From assembly GCA_964252035.1 (NCBI GenBank), contig OZ176214.1: a stretch of 64,000 nt of DNA. One strand, given 5' to 3'. The notes beneath the pieces were generated by a model, which did no database searches, had not been told where the DNA came from, and saw nothing but the letters and a program-made list of their open reading frames with translations. Both the position numbers and the translations under genes were made by a program. The DNA is from Podarcis erhardii. Lineage: Eukaryota. This document shows positions 1 through 13,370 of this stretch, in pieces (within the stretch, counting starts at the first letter, position 1; the number at the start of each line of letters is the position of its first letter).

Positions 1-12
1 GGGGCCATGAAT

Positions 13-13
<1 letters not shown>

Positions 14-45
<32 letters not shown>
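14..45. repeat. (GT)n microsatellite
   Basis: Uninterrupted GT run. Confidence 0.95.
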
Positions 46-46
<1 letters not shown>

Positions 47-2621
47 GCCTCCTTAAACATTTCTTCAGGATTCTGCAGCCTCTCCAACTTCTTGTTATCA
101 AGAAGCCCCATGGAAGGGCATCTTCCTTGGGACATCTTCCTCTGGAACATACTTGAAGTGTGGGCTGGGAAGGGTAGCTACTGAGAACCTGGGATTGATG
201 TGCTTGGTGAATTTGTTTTTAAGGGAAGTCTTTCCTTTTATCTTTAAAAAATATTTCTGCACAAATTTATTTTAAAGTATGATGATGATGATGATCAGTG
301 CTCCCCCACCACCAATAAAAGGTGTTGGTACTCACCACGAAGTTCTTACAGTAAGTGCCAGACTCTTAAGCTTTGGTTAAAAATAACAAACAAAGTGGGG
401 TGCTGGTACTGATTACCCTTGAGTAGCCCCAGAAAAAAAGAAAGGATGATAAAGATAGTGGTCGGGCACACATTACTTTCCTGCCTTCTGTATTTTACAG
501 GAAAGCTTGGTCAAGGATGGCATGGGGGCTTCAGAAAGCACAGGCACCCAGAAAGTCTGCAGACTACTGGAGAGATGATTTGTAGAATGAAAAACAAGAC
601 ACTCACAAACATCTGCCAGCCACTTCAAAAGTAAGCTTAGTGCAACAAAACCCTTCATCCCACCCATGAATGTCACTTTGATAATTTTCTCTTGAAGCTT
701 TGTTTCACATTATCCCCCTGACAAGATTTTATTGAATACATACAAAAAACACACACATAAAAACCTGCAAAACTGCCGCCCAAGAGTATATACCACAGAG
801 GCAGATTTAAGGCAGCATGATCAATTCCCCTGCCAAAAGAAGCCTTCCTGCCTCCTTCCCAAAGACTAGGAAGTGCTGGAGCAGAGATGGAGCATAGCCA
901 GGATGGGAAAGAGTTGGAGGGAAACGAGTAAGGTTTTTTTGGCACAGCCCTCTACACCAGGGGTGGGGAGATGGATGCTGCCAGAGGACTAGATCCTTAT
1001 CTCTCCTCCCTCCGCCCACTTGGGCAAATCCCACCTACCTGCCAATCACCTGACGTCACAACAACATCAGGTAAAATGGCACTTTGAGGCCCCCCAACAA
1101 TAAGATGACTTCTAGGACTTCAAAGCCCCATGCAGAATTCTTGCAAACTCCTGTAATAATTTTATGTTTTTTCCCCCCTAATTGTAACTATTTTATTAGG
1201 GTGGGTTTTTTACAATTGAATATTATATTGTTTTGACACACCCTGGGACCTTACAGTGAAGAGTATAAATAAATTTGCAGATAAATAAATAAATATCAAA
1301 TCGTGCATAAATAAATACCATAGCATTTTTACATACACCTTTCCCATGCTGTAGTGTAGTACAGCCATCTCATGTGCTCCTATCTTGTTGTACTTAAAAA
1401 AAAAATACAATAGAAAAAACCTTCTCTTATGTTAATATGCTGAAAGAGACAGGGTCCACTTAGCCTGCAAAGCTTTGCATATTTTCCTCCATGCCGGCAA
1501 GATTTATTGGCACACTATGGCTTGCTGCCTCAGGCAGAAATGTGTGTGTGTTGGGCAGGGGTGGGGTGGGCATTGAGAGTGTGAAGGAAGGAACAGCCAA
1601 ACAGAATCTGCCTAGAATAAACACTTTCATTTCTTGCCGACAAAAATGCTTTTGGCTGAAGATGTCCACATTAAATCTGGATTGGACTGTCTAAAGACCT
1701 CTTTTCATTCACTTCAACTTGTCTGGCTGGGAAACAAAGCCAAGATATCTCACTGCAAATTACGCAAAATGTATCCTGCTTCAATCACTTCCAACCTTTT
1801 AACTTAATGTGAAAAAATGAAAAAGAATTTAGATGGAAGGCAATTGATTCTGGGTTGCAAATGATATTTCCTTCCTACTGCAAACTGTCGTTTATATCAT
1901 GCCTAATATCACTTCATGTCCAGAAGGGAAATGTTTTTTCTTTTTTTTTCTTTTTAAAGCACCTTGGATGATTGCTCTCTATTATTATATATTTTTTAAT
2001 CCAAAAGCTAGAGAAAACCTGTTTCATACCAGATGCTACTGCAGTGGCTGGAGATTGTCCAATGCAGAAGCAACCTTGAACGTAGCCCACGTAGTCAAGT
2101 GCATCTCTATATAAATTCCAAACACCTTCCCTATCTAATTACTCTATTACGTTTCGAGTAATTACAATGCTGTGTATTTTCTTTTGAGTGGGAGAGAAAA
2201 TTGAATATGCCTTTTTAGAGTAAATAAAGAACGGAAGTTGAAAACAGCAGCCTCGCTGGAGAGAAGGGGAGGGGGGAAAAAATGCTTGAACAACAAACAG
2301 CTTGTGGCTTCTCTTTTTTGCCTGCAAATACATGGCAGCAGCAGCAATGTTTTAAGGATGTTTAACCCTTTCACACATACAATTTAAATCTCCCTTCCCT
2401 GACTCCCACCTTCGGTTTGCTCCACTGTGATATAAATACATTCTCTTACAGAATGTCGGTAATAGACTTTTTTGATTACTCTGTTTTATTTGGCTAGTAG
2501 AATTTAAATAATCAAAAGTTATGCACTCAAATTGACCCTTGTATTTTATGTTTGGGGCCCTTCTATCTGAGGTGAGACGTCTGATGGCCAGAAAAGGAGC
2601 ATTCTTCACTGTGGTGCTGTC

Positions 2622-2980
2622 AGGGATTCCAAGGGTCATTTAGTTCAACCCCGTGCAATGCAGGAATCTCAACTAAAGCATGACAGATGGCCAAACTCTG
2701 CTTAAAAACCTCTAATGAAGGAGAGTAGAATCCACAAGCTCCCGAGGGGGTCTGTTCCACTGTCAAATAGCACTTACTGTCAGAAAGTTCTTCCTGATGT
2801 TTAGCTGGAATCTCCTTTCTTGTAACTTGAAGCCATTGGTTTGAGTCCTATCCTCCAGAGAAGGAGAAAACAAGCTTGCTCCATCTTCCATGTGGCAGCC
2901 CCTTAGATATTTGAAGATGGTTATCATATTGCTTCTCAGCCACCTCTTTTCCAGGCTAAACATACCCAATTCCTTCAATT
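2622..2980 (-). mobile_element. CR1 LINE 3' fragment (ORF2 C-terminus plus 3' UTR)
   Basis: ORF 2763-2978(-) reads KELGMFSLEKRWLRSNMITIFKYLRGCH...NGFKLQERRFQLNIRKNFLTV, the typical CR1 ORF2 end. A CR1-type 3' UTR follows toward lower coordinates. Confidence 0.9.
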
Positions 2981-3161
2981 AAGTGAAGTAATCCACTTCA
3001 CCATCTAAAGAGGGAGACACCTGAAGTTCAAAGCCAAAAAATCAGAAAACTGCACCACTAATTTAAATAAACTGACGTCCGATGAGGTTATAGAGAGCCT
3101 TTTACTGAGTCACTCCATTGGTTCATCTAGCTCAGTACTGTTTGCACAGACTGAGCCTTAC

Positions 3162-3224
3162 CTTCTTCAGCTGCTCTATAATGATTTGGTCCATAGATGC
3201 AGCAGAATGAGGTGGTAGGGTGAA
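3162..3224 (-). other. Candidate 63-nt internal exon (unassigned)
   Basis: Minus strand reads ...TTGAAACAG|TTCACC...AAGAAG|GTAAGG. Phase 0-0 translation is FTLPPHSAASMDQIIIEQLKK; protein not recognised. Confidence 0.2.
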
Positions 3225-3408
3225 CTGTTTCAATACAAGTTGCAGATGGGAGATGCCAATTTTGAATGCTCTTTTGCATAAAATTCCTTGCAAACATCAA
3301 GTAGAAATATCCCAGCATAGCTCACACCTTGCTAGCTTTCTGCTTGCAGAAAAGTTGTTTTGTTTTAATGCAAGGATGTATTTGTTTTAATGCTTCCTTG
3401 CATTAAAA

Positions 3409-3547
3409 CAGGCATAGGCAAACTCGGCCCTCCAGATGTTTTTGGGACTACAATTCCCATATCATCCCTGACCATTGGTCCTGTTAGCTAGGGATGATGG
3501 GAGTTGTAGGCCAAAAACATCTGGAGGGCCAAGTTTGCCTATGCCTG
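3409..3547. mobile_element. 139-bp palindromic hAT-like MITE
   Basis: TIRs CAGGCATAGGCAAACT / AGTTTGCCTATGCCTG and a fold-back interior. Degenerate relatives lie at about 8957-9090, 18103-18226, 20325-20457, 26680-26830, 29690-29810 and 54363-54470. Confidence 0.85.
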
Positions 3548-4676
3548 TTTTAATGCAAGGATGCATTTGTTTTAATGCAAGGATGTATTCAAAAGGGGCC
3601 TTGAAACGACTGCTTGCTCCTGCATGATTCTGTCCACCCACTAAGATGATTGTGAAAACCTCTGCTCCATGTCTCACCAGTGTCTACGGTTAAATTTGTG
3701 GGCAAGGCCTTACTTGTGCTGGGTGCTAAGTTATGGAATTCCCTCCTTTGGTAGGTTCATCTAGCTCATTCCCTTTTGACTTTTAGAAATATTGTGAAGA
3801 CTGTTCTCTTTAGCAAGTCTCTAATATTGATTGACCCACAATATCAGAGTGTTATATTGATGCTGCCTATCTTTTCATTTCAAGTTGCAACAAGTAAGAT
3901 TATTGTTGTTGTTGTTAGAATAAATTTGTATACCGCTCTTCATCCGTAGATCTCAGGGCAGTTCATGTCATAAAATTGCAAAATAGCTTAATAGCATATT
4001 AATCGCATAATAGCATATTGCAATGTATTTTTACACCAAAACAACCATTCTACTGTTCAGGATTCTGGCCATACTCTGCTCCCACATGGCATACTATCCC
4101 TCCATGAGATTCATTACCTGAGTTTTCTGTGCGAGTTATTTGGCTGTTCTGCTTATTTTGCATTGTATGTTTTTAAATAACTTTTTTTTATGCCTCTTTG
4201 ATGATTATCTTGCCAAAAAAGCTGCATATGAATGATTAGGTAGACAGACAGATCGATCGATCTGCAGACTAGGAAATGTAACTAGGTCAGGGATCAAACT
4301 CCTGTAAGAAAGAGTATGTTTATTTATTGGGATATTGCACATACTCTAAGGTAGGTAACAATTGTTTGTGGAAAGTACACATGAAACAATGCTCACCATT
4401 GTAATGATGCTACAGAGTCCAGCACCTCTCCTCTCCCTTCGGCAGGGAGCAGTTGCAAAGCAGTGAGATGGTAGCAAAAGTTTTACCTGCTATGCAGTTG
4501 TTCTGGTTGCTGCTGTTCACCTGGCATGTGGGGTTGCACAAAGCAGGCATGCCTGCCTGGAAATTTATCCTCCCATCTGGTGTCAAGGCCAGCTGCTGCA
4601 ATTTGTTGGTGGGTGGGCTCAGGGTCTCAGATAAAATATGATGCACAGAATAGCTCTCTGAGCCAGTTTTTGAGTA

Positions 4677-5007
4677 CAGTGGTGCCTCGCAAGACGAAAA
4701 GAATCCGTTCCGCGAGTCTCTTCGTCTTGCGGTTTTTTCGTCTTGCGAAGCAACCCTATTAGCGGCTTAGCGGCTTAGCGCTATTAGCAGCTATTAGCGG
4801 CTTAGCGGCTAAGCGGCTAAGCGGCTATTAGTGGCTTAGAAAAAGGGGGGGGGGAGCGAAAAAAATCGCAAGACTCGCAAGACGTTTTTGTCTTGCGAAG
4901 CAAGCCCATAGAGAAATTCGTCTTGCGAAGCACCTCGAAAAACGGAAAACCCTTTCGTCTAGCGGGTTTTTCGTCTTGCGAGGCATTCGTCTTGCGGGGC
5001 ACCACTG
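4677..5007. mobile_element. Tc1/mariner (Tigger-like) MITE, 331 bp
   Basis: TA at 4675-76 and 5008-09. 22-bp TIRs CAGTGGTGCCTCGCAAGACGAA with 1 mismatch. Repeated TCGTCTTGCG subterminal motifs and an internal TTAGCGGC tandem array. Confidence 0.9.
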
Positions 5008-6646
5008 TACCTGAAACACCCCCCTCCCCTCCCATTAAGTAGCAGGCAAAATAAGAGCAGCATCTCTAGCTCATGAAGGTTGGAACAGGGGGAGGTTTTG
5101 TGGTTCTCCCCTCCTGTGTTGCCTGGGTGCTCTGTATAAATAAGTGCCAAGGTACAAAACCCTGAAGGATGAGGGGAGTTGTAATTCTCCATAGCGCTCT
5201 TGCAATTTTTGTGCCTCTTACCGTTGTGGGACCCTAACCAAAGCTGCTAGCTGCTTTCTGCCAAAGCCTGTACTGAAGCAAAGAACTGCAATAAAAGCTC
5301 CCTTCCCTGCCCACCACAACTGTGTAAGATGACTCATCCTGCAGCCACCGTTAGCACACCATGCATTCATACCCATTTTGTTGTGTGCCTATGACCTTGT
5401 GCTTAACTGCATAAAAATGTTTTTTTTGTTTTATTGTTACCATTTTACCAGGCAATGAAAAGATGAAAAGTAGGCTTAATACTACTGAAAGCAAGGTTAC
5501 ACATCACACAGGAAGAAAATGGAACAGGTGGTTTATGTATTTGAAATTCTGCACTGGTTAAATGCATAAAATGATAAATCATGGAGACAAGCATTGGATT
5601 TGTGCTGTAGAATACAAGGCAGTGTTGGGAATCTGCCCCAGTTTGCTTATTCCAAATAGGAATGGACAAACCTGTCACTTTCAGTTTTCTCTCAGTTTCT
5701 CTTTTTTTACTATCTCACTTTGAGAATATTTTTTTAAAGGCCTCATGAAGATATGTCTGCAGTTTAGCACACATTTCTCCTAAAACAGACATTTTTGTAT
5801 GCAATTTGACTCAATGCACACATTTTTGCAGTTAATACTCTCTATAACAGTGCAGTTTAGTTCACTGTTGCCACTAATATACACATTTTATGCATGTATT
5901 TGCCCAATATACACATTTTGTGTGCATTTTTTTTAAAAAATCAAGTAATTATTCAATTTGACAGAGGTTTTAATAATAACATTTTATATTTAAATTGTTT
6001 TCTGTAGCTAAAAAACCCAATGTACTGCAGGCTTTATTTACAGCATCAGGATTAGATGAATCATGTATCTAAGTCATTTCATAGGATCAGGGCTTTATAG
6101 GTCAGGATTGTTTCCGTCTTTAGAGGCAAGAAATGGCAAACAGAATGAATCATAAATGTTCTGCTATGAGTTTGGGGTGCCAGACTCCCCAAAAGTTCTG
6201 GACCCAGAAAGTGTTAGAAACTAATCAAGTTTCCTTAACCCTTGATCCAGCAAGGGTTAAAATATAAGCCAGGGTGATCTCCTCTTGAGGTAATCACCTA
6301 GGAAATGAGGCATGAAGAGTGAAAACAAAGGGAAAAGTGATGGGCCCTTAAAAAAGCAAAAGACAGTGGACTGTGTTTTGGATGCCAAATAGAGGTGGGG
6401 TCCTTCCTTTAGTTCTGAGTTAGTTAGAAGATAAAGCCACAGTTTGGAGCAGAGTTTTAGAGTTGGCTGCAATGTGACCTAGAGGGGAAAAGGCTGCAAG
6501 TTGGTAAATGCAACAAGCTGGAGAGAGGGTCAGAGCATGATGGTTGATTTCTGTTTGAATCGATGGCTGCTGTTATGGAAGAGACAATACCCTTTTGGGG
6601 TGCTAATGTTGTGAACCCCTCCATCAAAGGCTCAGGATATATATAA

Positions 6647-7039
6647 AAAGGCAAAGGTAAAGGTAAAGGACCCCTGAGAGTTAAGTCCAGTTGCAGACGA
6701 CTCTGGGGTTGCGGCGCTCATCTCGCTTTACAGTCCGAGGGAGCAGGCGTTTGTCCCCAGACAGTTTTTCCGGGTCATGTGGCCAGCATGACTAAGCTGC
6801 TTCTGGCGCAACAGAACATCGAAACCAGAGCAGCACATGGAAATGCCGTTTACCTTCCCGCTGGAGCAGTACCTATTTATCTGCTTGCACTTTTTTGGTG
6901 TGCTTCCGAACTGCTAGGTTGGCAGGAGCAGGGACTGAGCAACGGGAGCTCACCCCGTCACAGGGATTCAAACCGCCAACCTTCTGATTGGCAAGCCCAA
7001 GAGGCTCAATAGTTTAGACCACAGCGCCACTCGCGTCCC
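6647..7039 (-). mobile_element. Sauria SINE, full length
   Basis: Minus strand shows a tRNA-like head GGGACGCGAGTGGCGCTGTGGTCTAAAC, a B-box-like GGTTTGAATCCC and a 3' (ACCTTT)n tail. Confidence 0.9.
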
Positions 7040-10000
7040 CTCAGGAGATATGTGTGTGTGTGTGTGTGTAAATAAGCCATATAGAATTTATATATATTAG
7101 TAAATAAGCCATATATCCTAAAGAAAACCACAGTCTCCACTGTGCCTCATTTCCAAAAGGAAACCCAAACACTATGTGAGTACCTGGAACCCTGGAATCT
7201 CACATTTCTTGCAGATTGAGGTGGTGTGCAAAAGTCCCTTATTTTATCTTCAGGGCTGAGTGAAAGCCAGGTATGGTGAGAGATTTGTTAACATTTTTTG
7301 AAGCATCAAATTCCTTTAGGTTTTTTTTTTAAAAGACATTTCACTAAGAGAAGGAATCAAATAATGCACCCGCAGACAATAGAGACAATGCTTCTTGAAG
7401 GCTGCTTAATCTGTCCTAATCCACATTGCTCACTCTTATGGGCTGTCATCATGTCATCTTGCACATTATATGGTCCCTGATTGACTGGGACTGCCCATAT
7501 AACTATTCTCAGGAAGGGGAAGTCTCTTATGGGCTTTTTGTTCTTTCCCTTTTTAAAATGTGGTGCTAAAGCATCTGTTGGTTAGAGAAACAATGACAGT
7601 GAACATGCAGCAAAAAAGGTAAAGATTTTCATAATTTAGTCCCCCCCCCCCCCGGAAATATTTTATGCCCCCTACTATTTTCATCCCCCAAATCAAAATG
7701 AACAAGCTGTCATATTTGGTATTTCCATATCTGATCCGTTTCACATAGAGTTATCCACACAATGGAATCCGCAATATTGGAGGAAAAAGAAAAACAGTGC
7801 TGATGTCTCTCTGCTAATTTGAGCTTAAGGTAGAAGCTCTTTGCTGAATATTTAGCAGCCTGTTAAACCCATTGATCTCCTTGATATAGTCTCTTGGATT
7901 CCACAGTAGGGTTTGTAATTAACAATGTAGATGAGTAGCTATAGGCAAGATCTTTGTGTGTTGATATGTTCACTTTTCCTCTCATTTTCAGGGAGCTAAT
8001 CAGGTTTGCATCCTTTTTCATTGCCAAGACCTTTACTGCCATCTATAAAAGTTTTTAAATATCTCAAGCACAACAGCAAGTTTGCTCAATTGTTCATGGG
8101 CTCGGCTCATTCACACTTTAATTGTTAAATGAAGGCAGACATTGCTGAAAGAGACAGACGCTCCAGCACATGAGTGTTATCTCTTCTGCTTTTTTGAAGA
8201 TAGTGAGAAATTAAAATACTGTTAAAAATATATATATTAAATGCAAATGGGAGCAAATAGAGAGCCCGACCAAGAGTGTGCGGCATAATGAGATGTTTCT
8301 AAAGGTTTTGCATAGGAGTAAAAATTCAGTTTGTAAAGTGTCTCGCTTCCCCTCCCGAAAATAAATATAAAAGAAAACACCAAGCTTTAGACAACATGGG
8401 AAGCAACAGTATGGTCATTATGGTTAACTATGAAAAGCACAGTGCCAAAACATCACAGGCCTGTGAAGATGCAAGGAGGAATTTGAAAGGCATCTAGTTA
8501 TCAGTTAAATGGAGCTTTAGATGAAGACTCCAGCAGAGAACAAATGAAGTCTTTGGAAGGTAGCATTGGCCTAATCTTGTAGCACATATTTCAGACTTAG
8601 ATGTGTTGTATAAACCGATCGGCATATCTGCAAATGACATCATATTTAACTAAATGGTAGGGGTGGGGGCAGATTTCAGTCTATATGTGAAGTTCATGCC
8701 AAATAGTACCACAAAAACAGGAAAAGTGTTTCCCTGTAATTTGTTTAATTTGGATTACTTGGTGCAGGACAGCATATAGATGTTCTCAAACACGGTTAAT
8801 GAAGGGGATATTTGCATTCAAATTCCCATGGAATTTCATCACTGGATGAACTTGGGCAATGAGGAACACAATCCTATGCATATGTGTATAGAAGTTGTTC
8901 TTCATGGGACTTCTTCCCAGGAAACTGCATATGATTGTAAGCCTCAATACAGTATAGTGGTGGGGAATCTGTGGCCCTCCAGATACTTTGGGGCTGCATC
9001 TTCCATTGGGGCTGACCTTTGCCAATGCTTACTGGGGCTGATGGGAGTTGGAACCCAACGTTATTTAGAGGGCTGCAAGTTCCTCACCAATCTATATTAA
9101 CAGTCTCACAGTTGTGGATACAATCTGTTAATTTCACTCCATAGATGGAGCTTAAAATGTGTTAAATGCTATACTGCATGAACCAAAACTTTTTCTCCAT
9201 GGACCAATTTAAAATTCTTGAGGGTCTTGGTGCACCACTTAATTATTTTTCTGCCTGTTGCAACGTACTGTGCTAGATGCAGTATGCTTTTTAATTGAAT
9301 CAAGATTCAACTTCTTAATTCTAGCCCCCTATTAACTTCCCTGCTCATCACTCTTTTCAAGTGCCTCATCTTCCCGTCAGTCTGTCCTGCTCACCTGCCA
9401 AGTGGGCAGTTCTAAGAATGAAGGTGCTGTGGCTGCATCTGTCATCATTTTTCACAGACATGCCACAGACCACCTGGAAAAAAAATCACAGAGTGGTCTG
9501 CACTGCTTGGGAACCACTGCTTGGGAACCCCTGTCACAAACTATTCACATCTACATCAGGCCTGTCTGTATATTATGTTAGTAGACATAAGTGGCAAAAA
9601 GACGGTATAATATCAACATTAAAGGAAATGTCTTAACAAGCTGAAACACATGCCATTTCCAGGTAGGGAACAGAAGCCAGGAAGGCAACTGTGTTGTGGG
9701 AGGACAGTGATCTCTACAATAACAGGCCATATGTGCATTATAGCAAATGCACTTTTTTTCTTAGCACATCACAGCATAATGGACAGCGAATAGGTCAGGA
9801 AGCTTTTAAGGATGGGATGTACAGCACAGTTATATCCATTAATAGCCAGATGAATGCCGAAAATTGCTGGTTAATTAATCTGCATTTTGTTTAAATGTTT
9901 CCCTTTTCAATTTTCACTTGGTGTGAAAGTTCCCCATTAAGGTTTTACCGAAATGTTAATACCTCCTACTGTGTAAATCTGTTTTAAACTGTCCTTGATG

Positions 10001-11343
10001 ATTCTAATGTGAGACGGCTGAGTGTATCTTCAAGCAATTCATTGTGAGGACAGCTGTACTGAGTGAACCTAACTTACTTTTAAATTCTCCTTTTATTGAT
10101 TCAGCTTTTAATTAACATTTGACTTTTTACCAGGTTGTTTTTTTTAAAAAAAGAAGAAAACCAGGAGGAGATCTTAAATAATTACTGTTAAAAGTCCATA
10201 TTTTCAAATCTTCTATAATCTGCTGATGATCACGTATAAAAAATAAATCCATATAGATTTTTACTCTCCTCTTTTATGTTTCTCTCAGTAAATAATGTGT
10301 TTGATGGTTGGTAAATATCTTTAGGCACACTTTCTCCCACTCTTTTTACAATGAAAAGGTTGATGATCACATCTCCCTTTTTTATATTTGATGCCAGAAT
10401 ACATTGCAGGGCTCACTGCTGATGGTCCTTCTTAGGGTAAGGGTTATCATTTTTGTCCATGAACAGCAACAACACACACTCACATGCACACATGCACAGC
10501 AACTGGACTCTCCCACACATGCACACACAGTTGAAAAAAGGTGTTGCACTTTAATAAGCAATCCAAACTCTACAAAGCCAGGGTAAATTATGCTCTTGTA
10601 ATTTAGACTATTCCAAACTCCATTCAGCAACAGGGCTACAGCCGGCTGAGGCAACCCATGCTTGGCAGAGGGAAAACAGGACACTACACTTTTTGGCAGC
10701 ATCACTTCTGTTGTGTTGCCAAGTCACACAACTGAACTGAACAGAATTTGGAATAGGGATAAGTCTCCCCCTTGCCCCATCCTGTCCCTGCCACTTCTCC
10801 TGAACGCTGCTTGAGACTTATTCTGGCCTTTACTTAGGTGGCTTTGGCTCAGCCACCTGAGCCCTGGCTGAGACAGGATGAATGCCAGTCCACGTCTGGC
10901 TGAACTGGAATGAAGGTCTTCAGCCAGTGTATTCCCTGCTGAGCAGATATATTCAGCTGCAGATCTGCCTATTCCAAATCTACTCATTCTGGCGTATCTT
11001 GGGCTTGGATTGCTCCCTAAGCAGCTACAATGGAATGCTTAATTTCAAACCTAACTGCAGTGTGGGAGGACATTTTAAAGTGTGTGGGGTCCTAGGCTGG
11101 GGAGTAAAAGGGCAATCCTTCCTCCCCAAATACAACCCACCCCCCTTGGAAGCAACACTCCTCCATTTTAATTAATATTGAAAGAAGTATTTTATTTATT
11201 GTGCCTAATGGAAGGCTTATTGTCATGAGACAAAGGTTCTTGAGAGCAGAAGCAGGAAAGGCCTAGGCAGTGCAGCCTATGAGGCCTACACAAATCTTTC
11301 AAGCCTAACTGTTCGCAGTAAAATGCTGTGCCACTGTGACTCG

Positions 11344-11417
11344 TGACTCATCTTGGGTTCCCTATAAATGTAACCAGCCATCTCTGTGGGCTTCAGTGTA
11401 GAGTGTGTGTGTGTGTG

Positions 11418-11448
<31 letters not shown>

Positions 11449-11597
11449 GTCTTAGCCAGTATGTTGTGTTGTTTGCAGACAGAGCGGCTGCAGGACTCCA
11501 GTTAATCAGTAACTCATATCTGTGCCTCTGTGAAGAGTCAGCTAGCTATTATGAGCACTCTGTGTATGCTCTTTGACTATGCTGTTTCTGAGTAAGT
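11344..11597 (+). promoter_or_regulatory. Candidate Pol II core promoter plus first exon
   Basis: AP-1 site TGACTCA at 11344-50, TATAAAT at 11363-69, Inr-like TCAGT with its A at 11395 (32 nt from the TATA start), ATG at 11551, and consensus donor GA|GTAAGT at 11592. Confidence 0.4.
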
Positions 11598-12209
11598 TTA
11601 TTTTCTCCAGTAAAGTTTCATTCTGTTGATGAAGAAGACTCTGCATTGATTACCATAATTTACCGCTGTGAGCCACTTATTTCAACCCAATTTCACAGTG
11701 GAGGGCTTGTTTGAAGGGGAGCTTACACATGGTGGTGTTGGTAGTTGGCGCTGCCCCTCCCTTCTCCCTAAAATTGTCCCCATACTACTACAACAAAAAA
11801 CACATATATTCCAGTCTCTGAGCAGTGTGAGATTCCAGGAGCCTATATACAACCTGAGCCTATGATGGAGGGGCTCACAGCATTAACACCACAGAAGGTC
11901 TTGCTTCTCCAACACATGCAGCCTTGGATTCAAGCAGAAATCAAGGATGGCTCTCACTCTCAGGCTTCTGCCTGCTTTCTGCTTCTTGCCCAGTTCACAC
12001 ACACTCTCAGCTCTGGCTATAGGTGAGCCTCCCTGGGGAGAGCATTCCAGGAGTGGCTACTGAAAAGGCCTGTTCTCATGTTGCCACCCTCCAAACCTCC
12101 TATGGAGGGGACACACGGAGAAGGGTCTCAGATTATGATTGCATGGTCTGCGCCAATTAATGTGAGGAGAAGCAGTCCTTGAGGTTTTGAAGTCTTGGGG
12201 TTTATAGAT

Positions 12210-12485
12210 TGTTAAATGTTCAGAAAAAGTCAGAAGGCCAAGGCAATATAAGTTCATCAACTAAGTTTATTCAACATTTGCCAATGACAACAGCTCACTC
12301 ATAGGAACACAAGAACCAAACTGACTGGACAACACAATAATAAACCGAGCATGAACTGACCGTTGACAGTTGACAGTTGAAAGTGCATGCACTTACTTGC
12401 CATTAGAAAGTTCGTCTACCAACGCTTATACGATTGGTTAGAACGCGCCTTGTAACATAAAATGTGTTAAACCCAATACATAACA
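12210..12485 (-). repeat. 3' LTR (276 bp)
   Basis: TGTTAA...TAACA, adjacent to the PPT. I count 14 substitutions and 1 indel versus the other LTR (about 95% identity). Confidence 0.93.
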
Positions 12486-12822
12486 CTCCTCCCCTCAACT
12501 TCCTAACAAAAGGAACAAACATAGTCATCAAGGTGTGCCAGCTTTTTCTGCTCCCACTGGGACCGTTGTGGTTCCTGTGCCTGAGTGGGTGACCCAGGAG
12601 GTTCCTCCGGTACCCGTGGTCTGAGTGGGGCAGTCACCGAGGCCGGCTCTGAAGGGGTCACTGCTGATGGAGCCACTGAGGATTCCAGCCGGAAGTTGCC
12701 CTGCTGGGGTAACTCAGTCATCGGCAACCCGTCTTGTTCCCACCCTGGCCTGGACACAGAATCTCCCAAAGTACCCATTTCTCTGTCCTCTGGTTCCACT
12801 TGAAGTTCCATGTTTGGAGGTG

Positions 12823-12990
12823 CCCTGGCTCTGATCTGGTCGAGATGTCTCTTCCAAACCAGTCCCCCCTCCAACCCTACCTCGTAGGAAACCGGACCTG
12901 TACAGCGAGCAATGATACTAGAGACCCAACCCTGTCCAGTCCCATAGTTTCAGACGTGCACAGTGTGCCCTAGGGAGAACCCTCTTGGAG
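12823..12990 (-). pseudogene. Gypsy integrase C-terminal remnant
   Basis: NYGTGQGWVSSIIARCTGPVSYEVGLEGGLVWKRHLDQIRAR matches the Mag/Gypsy integrase C-terminal pattern GPVSY...WKRHxDQ. Confidence 0.8.
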
Positions 12991-13079
12991 CCCCCCACAC
13001 CACAGTGGATGGTCATTGCTCAAGAGCCCGGTCGGATCTATTCGAAATCTGCCCTTGGGGAAATCTGATTAAGCCCTGA

Positions 13080-13370
13080 AATATCTAAGCCTAACGACCT
13101 GAACCATGCTAGACCTAGAAGGCTAGTGAATGGCCTTTGGTTATAATGAGGTTCAAATTCTTGGTGTACTTCTTAAACTGGACCTTGAAGGTGCCCGTGC
13201 CCTTTAGCTGGATTCTTTTTCTCTGGAAGTCCCACAGCACTACAGGGGCTGGGCGGAGTTGAGGACCGCCATTAGGGCAAAACTCTTTCAGAGTCTTAGC
13301 AGATATTATGGAGTACGGGGTTCCCTCTATCTTATACCCTGAGCATAGTGCACGGGGTTCCCTCTATCTT
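13080..13370 (-). pseudogene. Gypsy aspartic protease remnant
   Basis: KIEGTPCTM...PYSIISAKTLKEF...SLLGLAWFRSLG, with a frameshift and no DTG motif. Confidence 0.7.
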
